From assembly GCA_002335385.1 (NCBI GenBank), contig DCVK01000071.1, positions 13,330 through 77,329 on the forward strand: 64,000 nucleotides of DNA. The letters run 5' to 3'. Position 1 is the stretch's first letter, and every line of letters begins with the position of its first letter. A program made the translations under genes and the position numbers. The DNA is from Candidatus Aminicenantes bacterium UBA2190. Its GTDB lineage: Bacteria > Acidobacteriota > Aminicenantia > UBA2199. The notes under the pieces are model-generated. The model was not told the origin of the DNA, did no database searches, and saw only the letters and a program-made list of their open reading frames with translations. This document shows positions 8,976 through 19,219 of the stretch, one piece after another.

Positions 8976-11126
8976 CTATTTCTTTTTGGCCCTGCTGCTG
9001 CTCGAGCCGGAGGATGAAGAGGAGCTGGAGGCGCGGCTCGAACTCCCGGAAGAAGAGGAGCCGGAGCCATAGCTGCGGCTGGGGGAGGATGAGCGACTGC
9101 CGCCGGAGTAGGAACTCCCGGCATAGCTGCTCGCGGGGCGGCTGTAGGTGGAGGGGCGGCTCGACATGGCCTGCGGGCTCGAGCTGCCGCCCGTATCATC
9201 GCTGCGGGAGCGGTAAGCGCCGTCGCTGGAGCCGGGCCGCGAATAGCTGGAAGCGCCGGCGGAGGAGGGGATGCTGCCGATATACCTGCGGCCGGAATTG
9301 GCGGCCGCCTGGCTCCCCGTGTCCTCGCTGGAGGTGTATGCGGAGCCGCTGCCTGAAACGGTGCGGCTCCGATAACGGGCGACCGGGGCGGCGGCGCCGG
9401 CGGCATGGCCGGAATCGCCGCTCCCCGAATACGAGAGGTAGGACGGCTCTCCTTTTTTCTTTTTTCTGGCCGTGCCGCTGGAGCTGCCGGATGAGGAGGA
9501 TGAAGAGGAAGATGAGGAGGAAGATGAACTGCCGGAGCGGCTGCGGTAGCTGCCGCTGCTCGAGCTGCCGGTGCTGGAGGAGCTGCTGTCGCCCGAGTCA
9601 TCGGACCGGCTGCGGTAGCTGCCGGTGCGGGTCGAGCTGCCGGTGCCGGAAGAACCGCCGGAGCCGGATGTGTAGCGGGTGCGGCCGGATGACTCGTCGG
9701 CGGCGCGCGAACGGAACTCGGTGTCGTCCTTGACGGCCGGGCGGATCGTTTCCCGGCTGCCCGGGGCGGCGCTGTACCTGTAGACGGAATTGCGGATATC
9801 GGACCCCTGGGCGCGGTACTTTTCCGCGCTGACGACGGCGCCCTGCTTGTAGGTCACCGAGCGGCCCCTGGCGTTGATCACCGTGACCTTGTTCAGCTCC
9901 GGGCGCAGGGAGGGGGCCGAACCGCGGAAGGCGATGGTGCCGTCGTTGCCCTGGCCCGGCGTGGTCTTGTTCACGGCCACGCGGTGGATGTTGGCGGCCG
10001 ACAGCTCGTTCTTGCGGATAATGATGGTGGAGCGGGAATGGTGCGGGATGCCGCGGTGGTAATCATAATGGCGGTCCCAGTGGTTGTTGATGATGACCAC
10101 CGGCCGGTTCCACCAGCTCAGCGGGCTCCAGCCGTAGTAATGGTCATTCCAGAACCAGGAAACCCATGCCGGTGACCAGTGGTAGGAGGGAATCCAGTAC
10201 CAGCCGTTATTGTAGCTCCAGTGCCAGCGGCCATAGTGGTGGGTGAACCAGCCGCAGGTGTCGTACGAGGTCCAGACGTAGCCGTAATAGGGGTTCCACA
10301 CCCAGCGGCCATTGGCATACGGCCTCCAGTCGGCGCCGGCATGGTAGGGACGCCAGACATAGGAACTGTAATCGGACATGTAGATCCAGCGGCCGGCACG
10401 CGACATCTCGTACTCATAGTCTTCGTAGCCCCCCTGCAGGTAGCGGGAGGTGCCGTAGCGCGCGTAGCCCAGATCGCGGTTCTGTTCCTCGTTCCAGCGG
10501 TCGAAATCGTCCTTCTCCGAGGCGTAGAAATAAAAGGGCCGCTCGGCCATCTGGCCGCGCGCCATGACGATCTTCTGGTTCTCGCGGACATTGCGGCTGC
10601 TATCGCTGCCGGCCACCTCGGCGATGCCTTCCAGCACGACCACTTCCGTCTGCCCTTTAACGCCGGAGTTGACGCGGTACACTCCCTTGTCCAGGAGGAA
10701 AATGCCGCAGTCGGCGGTCTGGATCTCGATGCCCTTTTCGCTGTCCAGGTTCTCGATCTCCAGGTAGATGCTCCCCTCCTCCAGGCGCACGGCCAGGTCG
10801 GTGCGGCGCAACGCCGGCACCTTTTCCAGCACGACCACCGTGTCGGCGTCCAGGCGCAGGTAGTTCAGGCGGCCGAGGTATACGGCCAGTCGGCCGTCGG
10901 TGGTGCCCACGACGTCCTTCTCGAACAGAGGCAGGTTGACCGTGGCCTCCTCCATGCCCTCGTCATAGGATCGTTGGACGAAACCCTCGCCCTCCACGCT
11001 CTTGACGCGCACGACCTTGGCGTTGTCGTAATATTTGGCTTCGTTGGCGTTCGCTTCCAGGTCGTCGGACCAGCAGGCGCCCGACAACAGCAGCAGGCTC
11101 GCCAATGCGATTATTGTCTTTTTCAT
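8976..11126 (-). CDS. Secreted FecR-domain / Trp-Tyr-rich (DUF6600-like) protein with a roughly 250-aa Ser/Gly/Arg low-complexity tail
   Basis: Start ATG at 11126 with a GAGGAGG 5 nt upstream. Signal peptide MKKTIIALASLLLLSGA. FecR-like beta region, then a W/Y-rich segment (WYWIPSYHWSPAWVSWFWNDHYYGW), then a C-terminal tail of YRSRS...SSSS repeats ending RAKKK. Confidence 0.7.
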   Translation of the reverse strand: MKKTIIALASLLLLSGACWSDDLEANANEAKYYDNAKVVRVKSVEGEGFVQRSYDEGMEEATVNLPLFEKDVVGTTDGRLAVYLGRLNYLRLDADTVVVLEKVPALRRTDLAVRLEEGSIYLEIENLDSEKGIEIQTADCGIFLLDKGVYRVNSGVKGQTEVVVLEGIAEVAGSDSSRNVRENQKIVMARGQMAERPFYFYASEKDDFDRWNEEQNRDLGYARYGTSRYLQGGYEDYEYEMSRAGRWIYMSDYSSYVWRPYHAGADWRPYANGRWVWNPYYGYVWTSYDTCGWFTHHYGRWHWSYNNGWYWIPSYHWSPAWVSWFWNDHYYGWSPLSWWNRPVVIINNHWDRHYDYHRGIPHHSRSTIIIRKNELSAANIHRVAVNKTTPGQGNDGTIAFRGSAPSLRPELNKVTVINARGRSVTYKQGAVVSAEKYRAQGSDIRNSVYRYSAAPGSRETIRPAVKDDTEFRSRAADESSGRTRYTSGSGGSSGTGSSTRTGSYRSRSDDSGDSSSSSTGSSSSGSYRSRSGSSSSSSSSSSSSSSGSSSGTARKKKKGEPSYLSYSGSGDSGHAAGAAAPVARYRSRTVSGSGSAYTSSEDTGSQAAANSGRRYIGSIPSSAGASSYSRPGSSDGAYRSRSDDTGGSSSPQAMSSRPSTYSRPASSYAGSSYSGGSRSSSPSRSYGSGSSSSGSSSRASSSSSSSGSSSSRAKKK

Positions 11127-11223
11127 TTTGGCCTCCTCGCTGAAAAGAAAGCAATTCATATGCCAAATCCCGGCAAGGGAAACTGTCCTGTTTTCGTGAC
11201 AAAGAAGCGGGAAAAGGCTGATA

Positions 11224-12819
11224 TCAGGACAGGTCCCGTGCCGCCGGCAGGCGGTTGAACATTTGCGTCAGCTGTCGCAGGCGGCGGCCGATCTCCGGGG
11301 TCAGCGCCCCCGGGGTCAGGCGCCAGCGCCAATTGCCCACGGCCTGGCCCGGGGTGTTCATACGGAAACGCTCGTCGTAGCCCAGGATGTCCTGCACGGG
11401 AAGCACAGCCAGGCGGGCCACCGACTGCATGGCCAGGCGGTTGAAGTGCCAGTGGAACTCGTCGCGATGGGCGAGACCCATGTAGTCCAGGACGGCCTGC
11501 TTCTGTGTTTCGCCCGTCTCCGGGCCGTAGAACCAGCCGTTGCTGGTGTTATTGTCATGGGTGCCGGTATAGACCAGGCAGTTGGCGTCGGTGAAGTTGT
11601 GGGGAAGGTAGGGGTTGGCGCTCTGGCCGTCGAAGGCGAACTGCAGGATCTTCATGCCCGGGAATCCCAGGCGTTCGCGCAAAGCCACTACCCCCGGCGT
11701 GATCTCGCCAAGGTCCTCGGCGACCAGTGGCAGCTCGCCCAGCTCCCGCTTCAGGTGATCGAAGAAGTCCATCCCCGGCCCCGGATGCCAGCGGCCCTTG
11801 ACCGCCGTCGGCTCCGCCTCCGGGATCGCCCAGTAGGAATCGAAGCCGCGGAAATGGTCGATCCGCAGCACGTCGACCATTTGCAGCAGGTGACGGATGC
11901 GCTCCCGCCACCAAACCATGGTCGGAGCATGAAGCGCCCCGTCCTGCTGCCAGCGGTAAAGCGGGTTTCCCCAGCGCTGGCCGCTGGCGCTGAAGTAGTC
12001 GGGCGGGACGCCGGCCACGAACGCCGGCCGCCCCGTCCCCTTATCGACCTGAAAGATTTCGGGGCGCGACCAGGCGTCGGCGCTCTCGAAATTGACGTAG
12101 AAAGGGATGTCACCGATGAGACGCACCCCCTGGCGGTTGGCCGTTTCTTTCAGAGCCCGCCACTGGCTGAAAAAGATGAACTGCTCGAAGCGCCGCCGGC
12201 GGATGGCGTCCTGCAGCTCGTTTTGCCAGCGGGCGACGGCGGCAGGTTGGCGACGGGAGATCGCGTCGGGCCAGTCGGTCCAGCGGAAAGTAGCGAAGCG
12301 ATCAGCCAGGGCGCGGAACAGGGCGTAATCCTCGAGCCAGCCCTTTTCCCTGGAGCAGAAGCCGGCGAAGGCGGAGTCGTCGCCTTCGGCGAAGAAACGC
12401 CGGGCGGACGCCTCCAGCCAGGCGGCGTTCCGGGCCGCAGCGGCGTCGAGGTCGCAGAAATCGCTCGCGGGGACGACTGCACCCGCGCGCAGCTCGTCGG
12501 CGCTGAGCCAGCCCCGCTCGTGAAGCGCTTGCGGGTCGATCAGCAGCTCGTTGCCGGCGAAGGTCGAAGGCGACGAGTAGGGAGAGAAATTCCAGTGCGG
12601 GCAGACCGGCCCCAGGGGCAGCACCTGCCAGTAGGACTGGCCGCTGGCGGCCAGGAAGGAGGCAAAGGCTGCGGCCTCGCGGCCCAGGGTGCCGCAATGG
12701 CGGTCGCCGGGCAGCGAAGTAATGTGCAGCAGCAGGCCGCTGGCGCGCTCAATGGCCACGGGTTCCTCCTTGCAGGCCCCGTCCAGGCGGGGCGAGACGG
12801 CCGTTCCCGGCCCGGTCAT
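11224..12819 (-). CDS. malQ: 4-alpha-glucanotransferase (amylomaltase, GH77)
   Basis: SGLLLHITSLPG..., full-length GH77-like sequence of 531 aa. Its ATG overlaps the stop of the upstream GGDEF gene (ATGA). Confidence 0.9.
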   Translation of the reverse strand: MTGPGTAVSPRLDGACKEEPVAIERASGLLLHITSLPGDRHCGTLGREAAAFASFLAASGQSYWQVLPLGPVCPHWNFSPYSSPSTFAGNELLIDPQALHERGWLSADELRAGAVVPASDFCDLDAAAARNAAWLEASARRFFAEGDDSAFAGFCSREKGWLEDYALFRALADRFATFRWTDWPDAISRRQPAAVARWQNELQDAIRRRRFEQFIFFSQWRALKETANRQGVRLIGDIPFYVNFESADAWSRPEIFQVDKGTGRPAFVAGVPPDYFSASGQRWGNPLYRWQQDGALHAPTMVWWRERIRHLLQMVDVLRIDHFRGFDSYWAIPEAEPTAVKGRWHPGPGMDFFDHLKRELGELPLVAEDLGEITPGVVALRERLGFPGMKILQFAFDGQSANPYLPHNFTDANCLVYTGTHDNNTSNGWFYGPETGETQKQAVLDYMGLAHRDEFHWHFNRLAMQSVARLAVLPVQDILGYDERFRMNTPGQAVGNWRWRLTPGALTPEIGRRLRQLTQMFNRLPAARDLS

Positions 12820-13970
12820 TCGCTTTCCTTCTCGATGGCGTCATTGTAGATGACGGTGCGGTTGCGCCCCGACTCCTTGGCGAAGTACAGCGCCTGGTCG
12901 GCGCGGTTGAGGATCTCGTCGGCGGCGGCCCCGTGCTCGGGATAGGCGGCCAGGCCGATGGAGATGGTGAGTTTCTTCTGCGGCTGCGTCTCGGCGCCGG
13001 GGAACGCCTGCTTCTCCATGCCCTCGCGCAGCCTCTCGGCGGCCAGGTAGGCGCCGACCTTGTCGGTCTGCGGCAGGATAATGACGAACTCGTCGCCGCC
13101 ATACTTGGCCAGCAGGTCGCTGGCGCGGAACTTGCGGCGCATGAGGTCGGCGACGGCGCGCAGCGTCTCCGAGCCGCGCAGGTGCCCGTTATGGTCGTTG
13201 AAGTTCTTGAAGTGGTCGACGTCGAAGATGATCAGGGAATAGCTTCCGTCGTGGCGCTGCGATTTCCGGGTCTCGCGGTCGAGGAGCTGGAAGAAGTGCA
13301 ACTGGTTGTACAGGCCCGTCAGGCCGTCGGTGACCGACAGCTCGCGTGACTGCCGCAGCAGCTCCTTGAGCAGATCCTCGTTGCGGTGCAGGTTCTTGGA
13401 GAGGTAGCCGGAGACGAGGTAGGTGAAGACGAACATGAAGTAATACGCCAGCAGGTCGGTGACCGTGGGGCCGGAGAAAAAACCCCGGCCCTCCTGCAGC
13501 AGGGCGATGGCCAGGAGCAGCGCCATGGAGGCCACGGTGTTGCGCAGGGCCCGGCGGTAGTCGACCAGGAAGGTGGAGATCACGATATAGACGATGATCA
13601 GGGCGATGACCGGGCTTTGCAGGCCGCCGGAGAAGAACACGGTCAGGGAGAAGGCGGCCAGGTCGAAGTCGAGCTGCCGCGCGACCCGGCGCGCCCATTC
13701 GTCGTAGCCCGCCGGCGGGGCGCTCGCCCTTTCCCGCCGGCGGATGGCCAGCAGGAACAGCAGGTTGGCGGCGACGGGCAGCAGGAAGACCAGCAGCGCA
13801 TCCAGCGGGTTGATGGGCGAGCGCCGGGCCAGGAAACGGTAGGCCAGGAAGAAGGCCATGATGAAGACCGGGTAGACCCAGCGGATGCGCACCAGCCAGA
13901 GGTTCTTGCCGATCATGTGCCGCAGCGCCAGGGTGTCGGGATGCGGCGTGTCCGTTGCCTCGCCTTTCAT
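12816..13970 (-). CDS. Membrane-bound diguanylate cyclase (GGDEF domain)
   Basis: The N-terminal half has multiple hydrophobic helices. The C-terminal half carries DGLTGLYN...FDVDHFKNFND...YGGDEFVIILPQ. Confidence 0.9.
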   Translation of the reverse strand: MKGEATDTPHPDTLALRHMIGKNLWLVRIRWVYPVFIMAFFLAYRFLARRSPINPLDALLVFLLPVAANLLFLLAIRRRERASAPPAGYDEWARRVARQLDFDLAAFSLTVFFSGGLQSPVIALIIVYIVISTFLVDYRRALRNTVASMALLLAIALLQEGRGFFSGPTVTDLLAYYFMFVFTYLVSGYLSKNLHRNEDLLKELLRQSRELSVTDGLTGLYNQLHFFQLLDRETRKSQRHDGSYSLIIFDVDHFKNFNDHNGHLRGSETLRAVADLMRRKFRASDLLAKYGGDEFVIILPQTDKVGAYLAAERLREGMEKQAFPGAETQPQKKLTISIGLAAYPEHGAAADEILNRADQALYFAKESGRNRTVIYNDAIEKESE

Positions 13971-14013
13971 CCCACTAAAATATTTTTTTTCGCGGCAAAA
14001 GTCAAATGGGCGA

Positions 14014-14042
14014 TTGAAGTTACTTTCATAAAATACTACAAT
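14014..14042 (+). promoter_or_regulatory. Candidate sigma70-type promoter of the sdh operon
   Basis: TTGAAG (14014-14019), a 17-nt spacer, then TACAAT (14037-14042). If it is used, the ATG at 14041 cannot be the sdhC start. Confidence 0.4.
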
Positions 14043-14076
14043 GCTTTTTCATCGATCTCACGTCAAGGAGGAGAGC

Positions 14077-14451
14077 TTGTACAAGAGAACGCGCTTCTAT
14101 GACTTCACGTACTACAATTTCATCGGCTCCTGGGCCTGGATCCTGCACCGGCTCTCGGGCCTGGCGCTCATTTTTTACCTGAGCCTGCACATCTGGGTCA
14201 TCAACAGCCTGACCTACGGCGAGAAGACGTTCAACGACGTCATGACCTTCCTGAACAGCCCGTTGTTCAAGCTGCTGGAGGTGGGCCTGTGGGGCGTCAT
14301 CCTCTTCCACGCCTTCAACGGCGCGCGCATCGTCATCGTCGATTTCTTCAAGGGCTCGCTGGCGCACAAGAAGCTGTTCGTCGCGCTGATCGCCGCGGCC
14401 TTCGTCCTGTGGGCGCTGGGCTCCTTCCTGCTCCTGCGCCACGCGTTCTAG
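14077..14451 (+). CDS. sdhC: Succinate dehydrogenase/fumarate reductase cytochrome b subunit
   Basis: Three hydrophobic helices, and its position ahead of sdhDAB. I prefer the TTG at 14077 (AAGGAGG 5 nt upstream) over the track's ATG at 14041, which has no RBS and overlaps the putative -10. Confidence 0.75.
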   Translation: MYKRTRFYDFTYYNFIGSWAWILHRLSGLALIFYLSLHIWVINSLTYGEKTFNDVMTFLNSPLFKLLEVGLWGVILFHAFNGARIVIVDFFKGSLAHKKLFVALIAAAFVLWALGSFLLLRHAF

Positions 14452-14461
14452 GGAGGGCACG

Positions 14462-14836
14462 ATGGAAAAGAACTTCAAGCAATCCTCGCGCTCGGGGGCG
14501 GTCGCCTGGCTGCTGCAGCGCATCTCGGCCGTCATCCTGTTCGTCCTGCTCCTCTTCCATTTCCTTACCTACCACTTCCTGACCCGGGGCCGGTCGGTCG
14601 ACTACCAGCAGGTCCTGGAGCGGTCCCAGAGCTGGTGGTTCCCGCTGCTGCAGTTCGCCTTCCTGCTCACCGCCCTGTACCACGGCCTGAACGGGGTCTG
14701 GTCGGTCCTGGAGGACTACACCGCGAGCAGGGGCTGGCGCCTGGTCTGGTTCAGCCTGCTGCTCACGGTCGGGTTGGCGCTGCTGTTCGTCGGCACCCTG
14801 ACCATCATCAAGCTCTACACCCTGAAGGTTGCCTGA
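14462..14836 (+). CDS. sdhD: Succinate dehydrogenase/fumarate reductase hydrophobic membrane anchor
   Basis: 124 aa, three predicted helices, located between sdhC and sdhA. Confidence 0.75.
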   Translation: MEKNFKQSSRSGAVAWLLQRISAVILFVLLLFHFLTYHFLTRGRSVDYQQVLERSQSWWFPLLQFAFLLTALYHGLNGVWSVLEDYTASRGWRLVWFSLLLTVGLALLFVGTLTIIKLYTLKVA

Positions 14837-14848
14837 AGGAGCGACACC

Positions 14849-16579
14849 ATGAAGATCGAAGAAGCAAGAAGATATCACAAGATCGACGCCGTGATCGTCG
14901 GCGCCGGCCTGGCCGGCCTGCGCGCCGCCCTGGAGGTGGCCAAGAGCGGGCTGAGCGCCGCCGTGATCACCAAGGTCTACCCGACGCGCTCGCATTCGGG
15001 CGGGGCCCAGGGGGGCATCGCCGCCGCCCTGGCCAACGTCAGCGAGGACTCCCTGGAAGCCCACATGTTCGACACCATCAAGGGCAGCGACTACCTGGCC
15101 GACCAGGACATCATCGAACGCTTCGTCAACGAGGCGCTCAAGACAGTCTACGAGTTCGAGCACATGGGCGTCCCCTTCTCGCGCACCGAGGACGGCCGCA
15201 TCAACCAGCGCCCCTTCGGCGGCCATTCGGCGCCGCGGGCGTGCTTCGCCCAGGACATCACCGGCCACGTGCTGCTGCACACCCTTTACGAGCAGTGCCT
15301 GCAGCACAATGTCCTGTTCTTCAACGAGTTCCAGGTGCTTTCGCTGCTGCTCAGGGACGACGTCTGCCGCGGCCTGGTGGCCTGGGACATCCGCGCGGGC
15401 GGGCTGCATATCTTCCAGACCCGGGCGGTGCTGCTGGCCACCGGCGGCTACGGCCGCGCCTGGAAGGTCACTTCCAACGCCCACGCCAACACCGGTGACG
15501 GCGTGGCCCTGGTGCTCGAGGCCGGGCTGCCGCTGGAGGACATGGAATTCGTCCAGTTCCATCCCACCGGGCTCTACAAGCACGGCATCCTCCTTTCCGA
15601 GGCCGCCCGCGGTGAAGGCGCCTACATCGTCAATGACCGCAACGAGCGCTTCATGAAGACCTACGCCGCGGCCAAGATGGAACTGGCGCCGCGCGACGTG
15701 GTCTCGCGCGCCGAGCAGACCGAGATCAACGAGGGCCGCGGCATCCACGGCCAGGACTACGTCTACCTCGACCTGCGCCACCTGGGGCGGGAGAAGATCC
15801 TGTCGCGCCTGCCGCAGATCTACGACCTGGCCCTGAACTATCTCAAGGTCGACGCCATCCAGGAGCCGGTCCCCATCCAGCCCACCGCGCACTACTCGAT
15901 GGGCGGCATCCCGGCCAACGTGCGCACCGAGGTGATCAAGGACGCCGCCGGCCAGGTGGTCAAGGGACTGTACACCGCCGGCGAAGCGTCCTGCCTTTCG
16001 CTGCACGGCGCCAATCGCCTGGGCACCAACTCGCTGCAGGACGCGGCCACCTTCGGCCGCATCGCCGGCATCCACATGACCGAGTTCTGCCGCAAGAACG
16101 CCTTCTCCGACCTGCCGGTCAAGCCGCTGGAGACCGCCCAGGGCAAGATCGACCGCCTGTGGTCGGGCGGCAAGGAGCGCCACGCCCCCATCCGGGAAAT
16201 CCTGCAGGAGAACATGACCCGGGCCATGGGCGTATTCCGCAACCAGGACGACATGCTCAAGATGCTGGCCGTCATCAAGGAGCTGCAGGAGCGCTACCAG
16301 CAGGTGGGGGTCGACGACCATGGCCAGGCCTTCAACCTCGACCTGGTCGAGGCCCTGGAGCTGGAGAACCTGCTCAGCTTTTCGGAGGTCATCGTCGAGG
16401 GCGCCCTGGCGCGCAAGGAGTCGCGCGGCGCCCATTTCCGCAGCGATTTCCCCAAGCGCAACGACGGCGACTGGCTGCGCCATACGCTGGCCTGGCGCCG
16501 CGGCGGCAAGATCGTCCTGGACTTCAGCAAGGCGGTGGTCATTTACCCGCAATACCAGCCGCAGGAAAGGAAATACTAG
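14849..16579 (+). CDS. sdhA: Succinate dehydrogenase/fumarate reductase flavoprotein subunit
   Basis: [10 protein letters not shown] dinucleotide fold and [12 protein letters not shown] (the covalent FAD histidine region). 576 aa. Confidence 0.95.
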   Translation: MKIEEARRYHKIDAVIVGAGLAGLRAALEVAKSGLSAAVITKVYPTRSHSGGAQGGIAAALANVSEDSLEAHMFDTIKGSDYLADQDIIERFVNEALKTVYEFEHMGVPFSRTEDGRINQRPFGGHSAPRACFAQDITGHVLLHTLYEQCLQHNVLFFNEFQVLSLLLRDDVCRGLVAWDIRAGGLHIFQTRAVLLATGGYGRAWKVTSNAHANTGDGVALVLEAGLPLEDMEFVQFHPTGLYKHGILLSEAARGEGAYIVNDRNERFMKTYAAAKMELAPRDVVSRAEQTEINEGRGIHGQDYVYLDLRHLGREKILSRLPQIYDLALNYLKVDAIQEPVPIQPTAHYSMGGIPANVRTEVIKDAAGQVVKGLYTAGEASCLSLHGANRLGTNSLQDAATFGRIAGIHMTEFCRKNAFSDLPVKPLETAQGKIDRLWSGGKERHAPIREILQENMTRAMGVFRNQDDMLKMLAVIKELQERYQQVGVDDHGQAFNLDLVEALELENLLSFSEVIVEGALARKESRGAHFRSDFPKRNDGDWLRHTLAWRRGGKIVLDFSKAVVIYPQYQPQERKY

Positions 16580-16589
16580 GAGGAGCACC

Positions 16590-17297
16590 ATGGCCAAGAT
16601 CGACATCCACGTGAACATACTGCGCTACCGGCCGGAGAGCGACGAGAAGCCCCGCTGGCAGGAATTCGCCATTTCCGTCGACGACGAGTCGACCGTCCTG
16701 GACGTGCTCAACGAGATCCACTGGCAGCACGACGGCACCCTGGCCTACCGCCGCTCCTGCCGCAGCTCGATCTGCGGCTCCTGCGCCATGAAGGTCAACG
16801 GCCGCAACGTGCTGGCCTGCGAGACCCCCATCCATCGCTTCGGCAGAAAGCTGAAGATCGAGCCGCTGTCGGGCTTCCAGATCATCAAGGACCTGGTCGT
16901 CGACCTCGATCCCTTCTTCGAGAAGCTCCAGCGCATCAAGCCCTACCTGATCCTCGACAAGTCGCTGCCCGACAAGGAGTTCGTGCAGACGCCGGCGCAG
17001 CTGGAGCAGATCGGCGAGTCCACGCTGTGCATCCTCTGCGCCGCCTGCAGCGCCGCCTGCCCCAGCTCGTGGCCCAACAGCGAGTACCTGGGCCCGGCGG
17101 CCCTGCTCAAGGCCTACCGCTTCGTCTTCGACAGCCGCGACGACGGCGCCGACCAGCGCCTGGAGATCGTCAACGACAAGAACGGCGTCTGGCGCTGTCA
17201 CACCATCTTCAACTGCATGGAGGCCTGCCCCAAGAAGATCAAGATCACCGAGTATTTGTCGCGCCTGAAGCTGAAGGTGGTGGAGAATTCGCTTTAG
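16590..17297 (+). CDS. sdhB: Succinate dehydrogenase/fumarate reductase iron-sulfur subunit
   Basis: Start ATG at 16590 follows AGGAGGAGC. Cys clusters are CRSSICGSC, CILCAACSAACP and CHTIFNCMEACP. The track ORF from 16320 is an overlap artefact with sdhA. Confidence 0.95.
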   Translation: MAKIDIHVNILRYRPESDEKPRWQEFAISVDDESTVLDVLNEIHWQHDGTLAYRRSCRSSICGSCAMKVNGRNVLACETPIHRFGRKLKIEPLSGFQIIKDLVVDLDPFFEKLQRIKPYLILDKSLPDKEFVQTPAQLEQIGESTLCILCAACSAACPSSWPNSEYLGPAALLKAYRFVFDSRDDGADQRLEIVNDKNGVWRCHTIFNCMEACPKKIKITEYLSRLKLKVVENSL

Positions 17298-17306
17298 CAG
17301 AAGGCC

Positions 17307-17334
17307 GCAGACGCACGACGTCAGACGTTAGCAG
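17307..17334. repeat. Heptamer-periodic array (gcagacg/cacgacg/tcagacg/ttagcag)
   Basis: Four units in strict 7-nt register, beginning 10 nt after the sdhB stop codon. Confidence 0.6.
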
Positions 17335-17452
17335 GAGAAGAACCAGAAGGCGACGGGCGCCAGGGGTTGGCCGCGATTTCGGGAAAATCATCATGGATTG
17401 AGATTTGTCGCGGAATTTCATATATCATCACCTTGGACAAGGAGGACGTGTA

Positions 17453-19057
17453 ATGATCAATTTAAAAAAGGCATTTTTCCTGTTCCTGGGTCTGGCATAC
17501 GCCGGCGGGCTGTTCGCCGCCAACAGCATCACACTGGTCTCTCCCAACAGCGGCGTGAACCTGACCTCCGGCCAGAAGGCGCACATCCACTGGACGTTCA
17601 GCGGTTATCCCGACAGCACTCCGGTGCGCATCGTACTCTGGCAGAACGGGGTCAAGAAAGGCGAGATCGCGACCAACATCCCCATCCGCTCCGGCCAGTA
17701 CACGGCGGGGAACGGGGGCTTCATGTGGACGGTGGGGGATTACGAGGGCGGTACCGCCGCCGCCGGCTGCGGCTATTCCATCAACGTGCGGGTACAGGAA
17801 ACCTCCGGAGAGAGCTCCATGAGCTCCCTGCCCTTCTGCATCGTCGGCCAGGGTCAGGGCTCCATCGTGGTGAGCGCGCCCAACGGCGGGGAAAAATACA
17901 GCCTGGGATCCCAGAAAGAGATCCGCTGGACGTCGAGCGGGCTGACCGGCAACGTCCGGATCCGCCTGCGCCTTCCCGGCGAGGGCATGGACCGGGCCAT
18001 CGCCACCAGCGTGCCGATCTCCGAGGGCAAATTCCTTTGGAAGGTCGGCGACCTGCTCGATCCGCATCCCGACCTGACCGGGCCTAAATCCGGGCTCAAG
18101 ATCGTCGTCCAGACCCTGAGCGGCGATTTCAGCGATGAGAGCGACGGAACGTTCGAGGTGGTGAGCGCGAGCATTCCCATCATCATTCAGCCCCGGGTCA
18201 GCAATTGGATCAAGGTGCAGAGCCCCGTCGACGGCGCATCTTTCCAGCGCATCGGGGACTGCGACATCGCCTGGACCTTCTCCGACTCCCTCAAGGGCAA
18301 GAAAGCCAAGCTCCTGCTGCTCAAGTCCGGCGGCGGCACGCAGATGGTGATCGAGCCGCAGCTGCCGCTGAACATCGACGACTACCACTGGAACATTCCC
18401 GGCGCCGACGCCCTGCCCGCCGGCGATTACCGCGTCCGCCTGCAGTCGCTTGACCATCCGGGCGTTTTTGGCGACAGCGGGCTGTTCAAGATCACGGCTT
18501 ATGTGCACCAGCTTGCGCCCAAGTACACGTTCACGCCGGTCATCACCAACAAGGGCCGTTATCACGTGCATCGTGACAGCAATAATGTTTTCATCATGGC
18601 CCCTGAGGGTCTGGAAATCCCCGACCCCGGGCCTTCCTGTTGCCGCCTCGGCTGGACGAACCGCTGCGAAGACGAATGGAACATCAACTGGATATACCGC
18701 AGCCACCTGGCGCTGAATGTGAGCAAGATCCCGGCGTCGGCGTCGGTGGTCAGCGCGCGCCTGACATGGACCACCAGCGGGGGCAACCCGACGGCGATCC
18801 GCCTCTTCAAGCTGACCGCCCCCTGGGACGGCGATTGGAAGACCCTTTTCTCCATCCCCTGCACGGAGATCGGCCTCAACCACCCCACGCAGCTGCGGGA
18901 CGCGGTGCGGGAGTGGGTGCAGCAGCCGGGCAAGAACTACGGGCTGGTGCTTGTCGGCGCGGACGAAAGCATGAATTGCAGCCACGCCAAGAAAAGCATC
19001 CACATCCTGTGCGACCTCAAGCTGGAGGTGGAAACCCAGCTGACGGTCGTGGATTGA
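17453..19057 (+). CDS. Secreted protein with tandem Ig-like (Kre9/KNH-type) repeats and a DNRLRE-like C-terminal domain
   Basis: ATG at 17453 with a GGAGGA 7 nt upstream. Signal peptide MINLKKAFFLFLGLAYAGGLFA. Repeats read I(T/V)LVSPN(S/G)G...W(T/S)..G. The C-terminus (ALNVSKIPASASVVSARLTWTTSGG...) resembles DNRLRE domains, a call from memory. Confidence 0.7.
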   Translation: MINLKKAFFLFLGLAYAGGLFAANSITLVSPNSGVNLTSGQKAHIHWTFSGYPDSTPVRIVLWQNGVKKGEIATNIPIRSGQYTAGNGGFMWTVGDYEGGTAAAGCGYSINVRVQETSGESSMSSLPFCIVGQGQGSIVVSAPNGGEKYSLGSQKEIRWTSSGLTGNVRIRLRLPGEGMDRAIATSVPISEGKFLWKVGDLLDPHPDLTGPKSGLKIVVQTLSGDFSDESDGTFEVVSASIPIIIQPRVSNWIKVQSPVDGASFQRIGDCDIAWTFSDSLKGKKAKLLLLKSGGGTQMVIEPQLPLNIDDYHWNIPGADALPAGDYRVRLQSLDHPGVFGDSGLFKITAYVHQLAPKYTFTPVITNKGRYHVHRDSNNVFIMAPEGLEIPDPGPSCCRLGWTNRCEDEWNINWIYRSHLALNVSKIPASASVVSARLTWTTSGGNPTAIRLFKLTAPWDGDWKTLFSIPCTEIGLNHPTQLRDAVREWVQQPGKNYGLVLVGADESMNCSHAKKSIHILCDLKLEVETQLTVVD

Positions 19058-19198
19058 ACGGGAACGGTTCCTGAAGAAACCGGGCGTCGGGCGTCAGTGA
19101 GAAAAGCAAGGCAACGGACTCCTCTTTTCTGACGCCGGGCACCGGAGGTCTTTTCGTGAAAGCATTCGCGGACCGTATGGCAGGATGTTTTTTCATGC

Positions 19199-19219
19199 CA
19201 ACGTCTAGCGTCTAACGCC
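19199..19219. repeat. Heptamer-periodic array (caacgtc/tagcgtc/taacgcc)
   Basis: Three units in 7-nt register inside a weak ATGCCA...TGGCAT hairpin. The hairpin is followed by a T7 run that overlaps the phoH2 stop codon. Confidence 0.45.

Noticed and set aside
8942-9733. Cys/Arg-rich (8942-9733 +) and Ala/Pro-rich (8954-9601 -) ORFs.
   Set aside because: These are alternative-frame readings of the Ser-rich tail of the FecR-domain gene. Their composition is purely a codon-repeat artefact.
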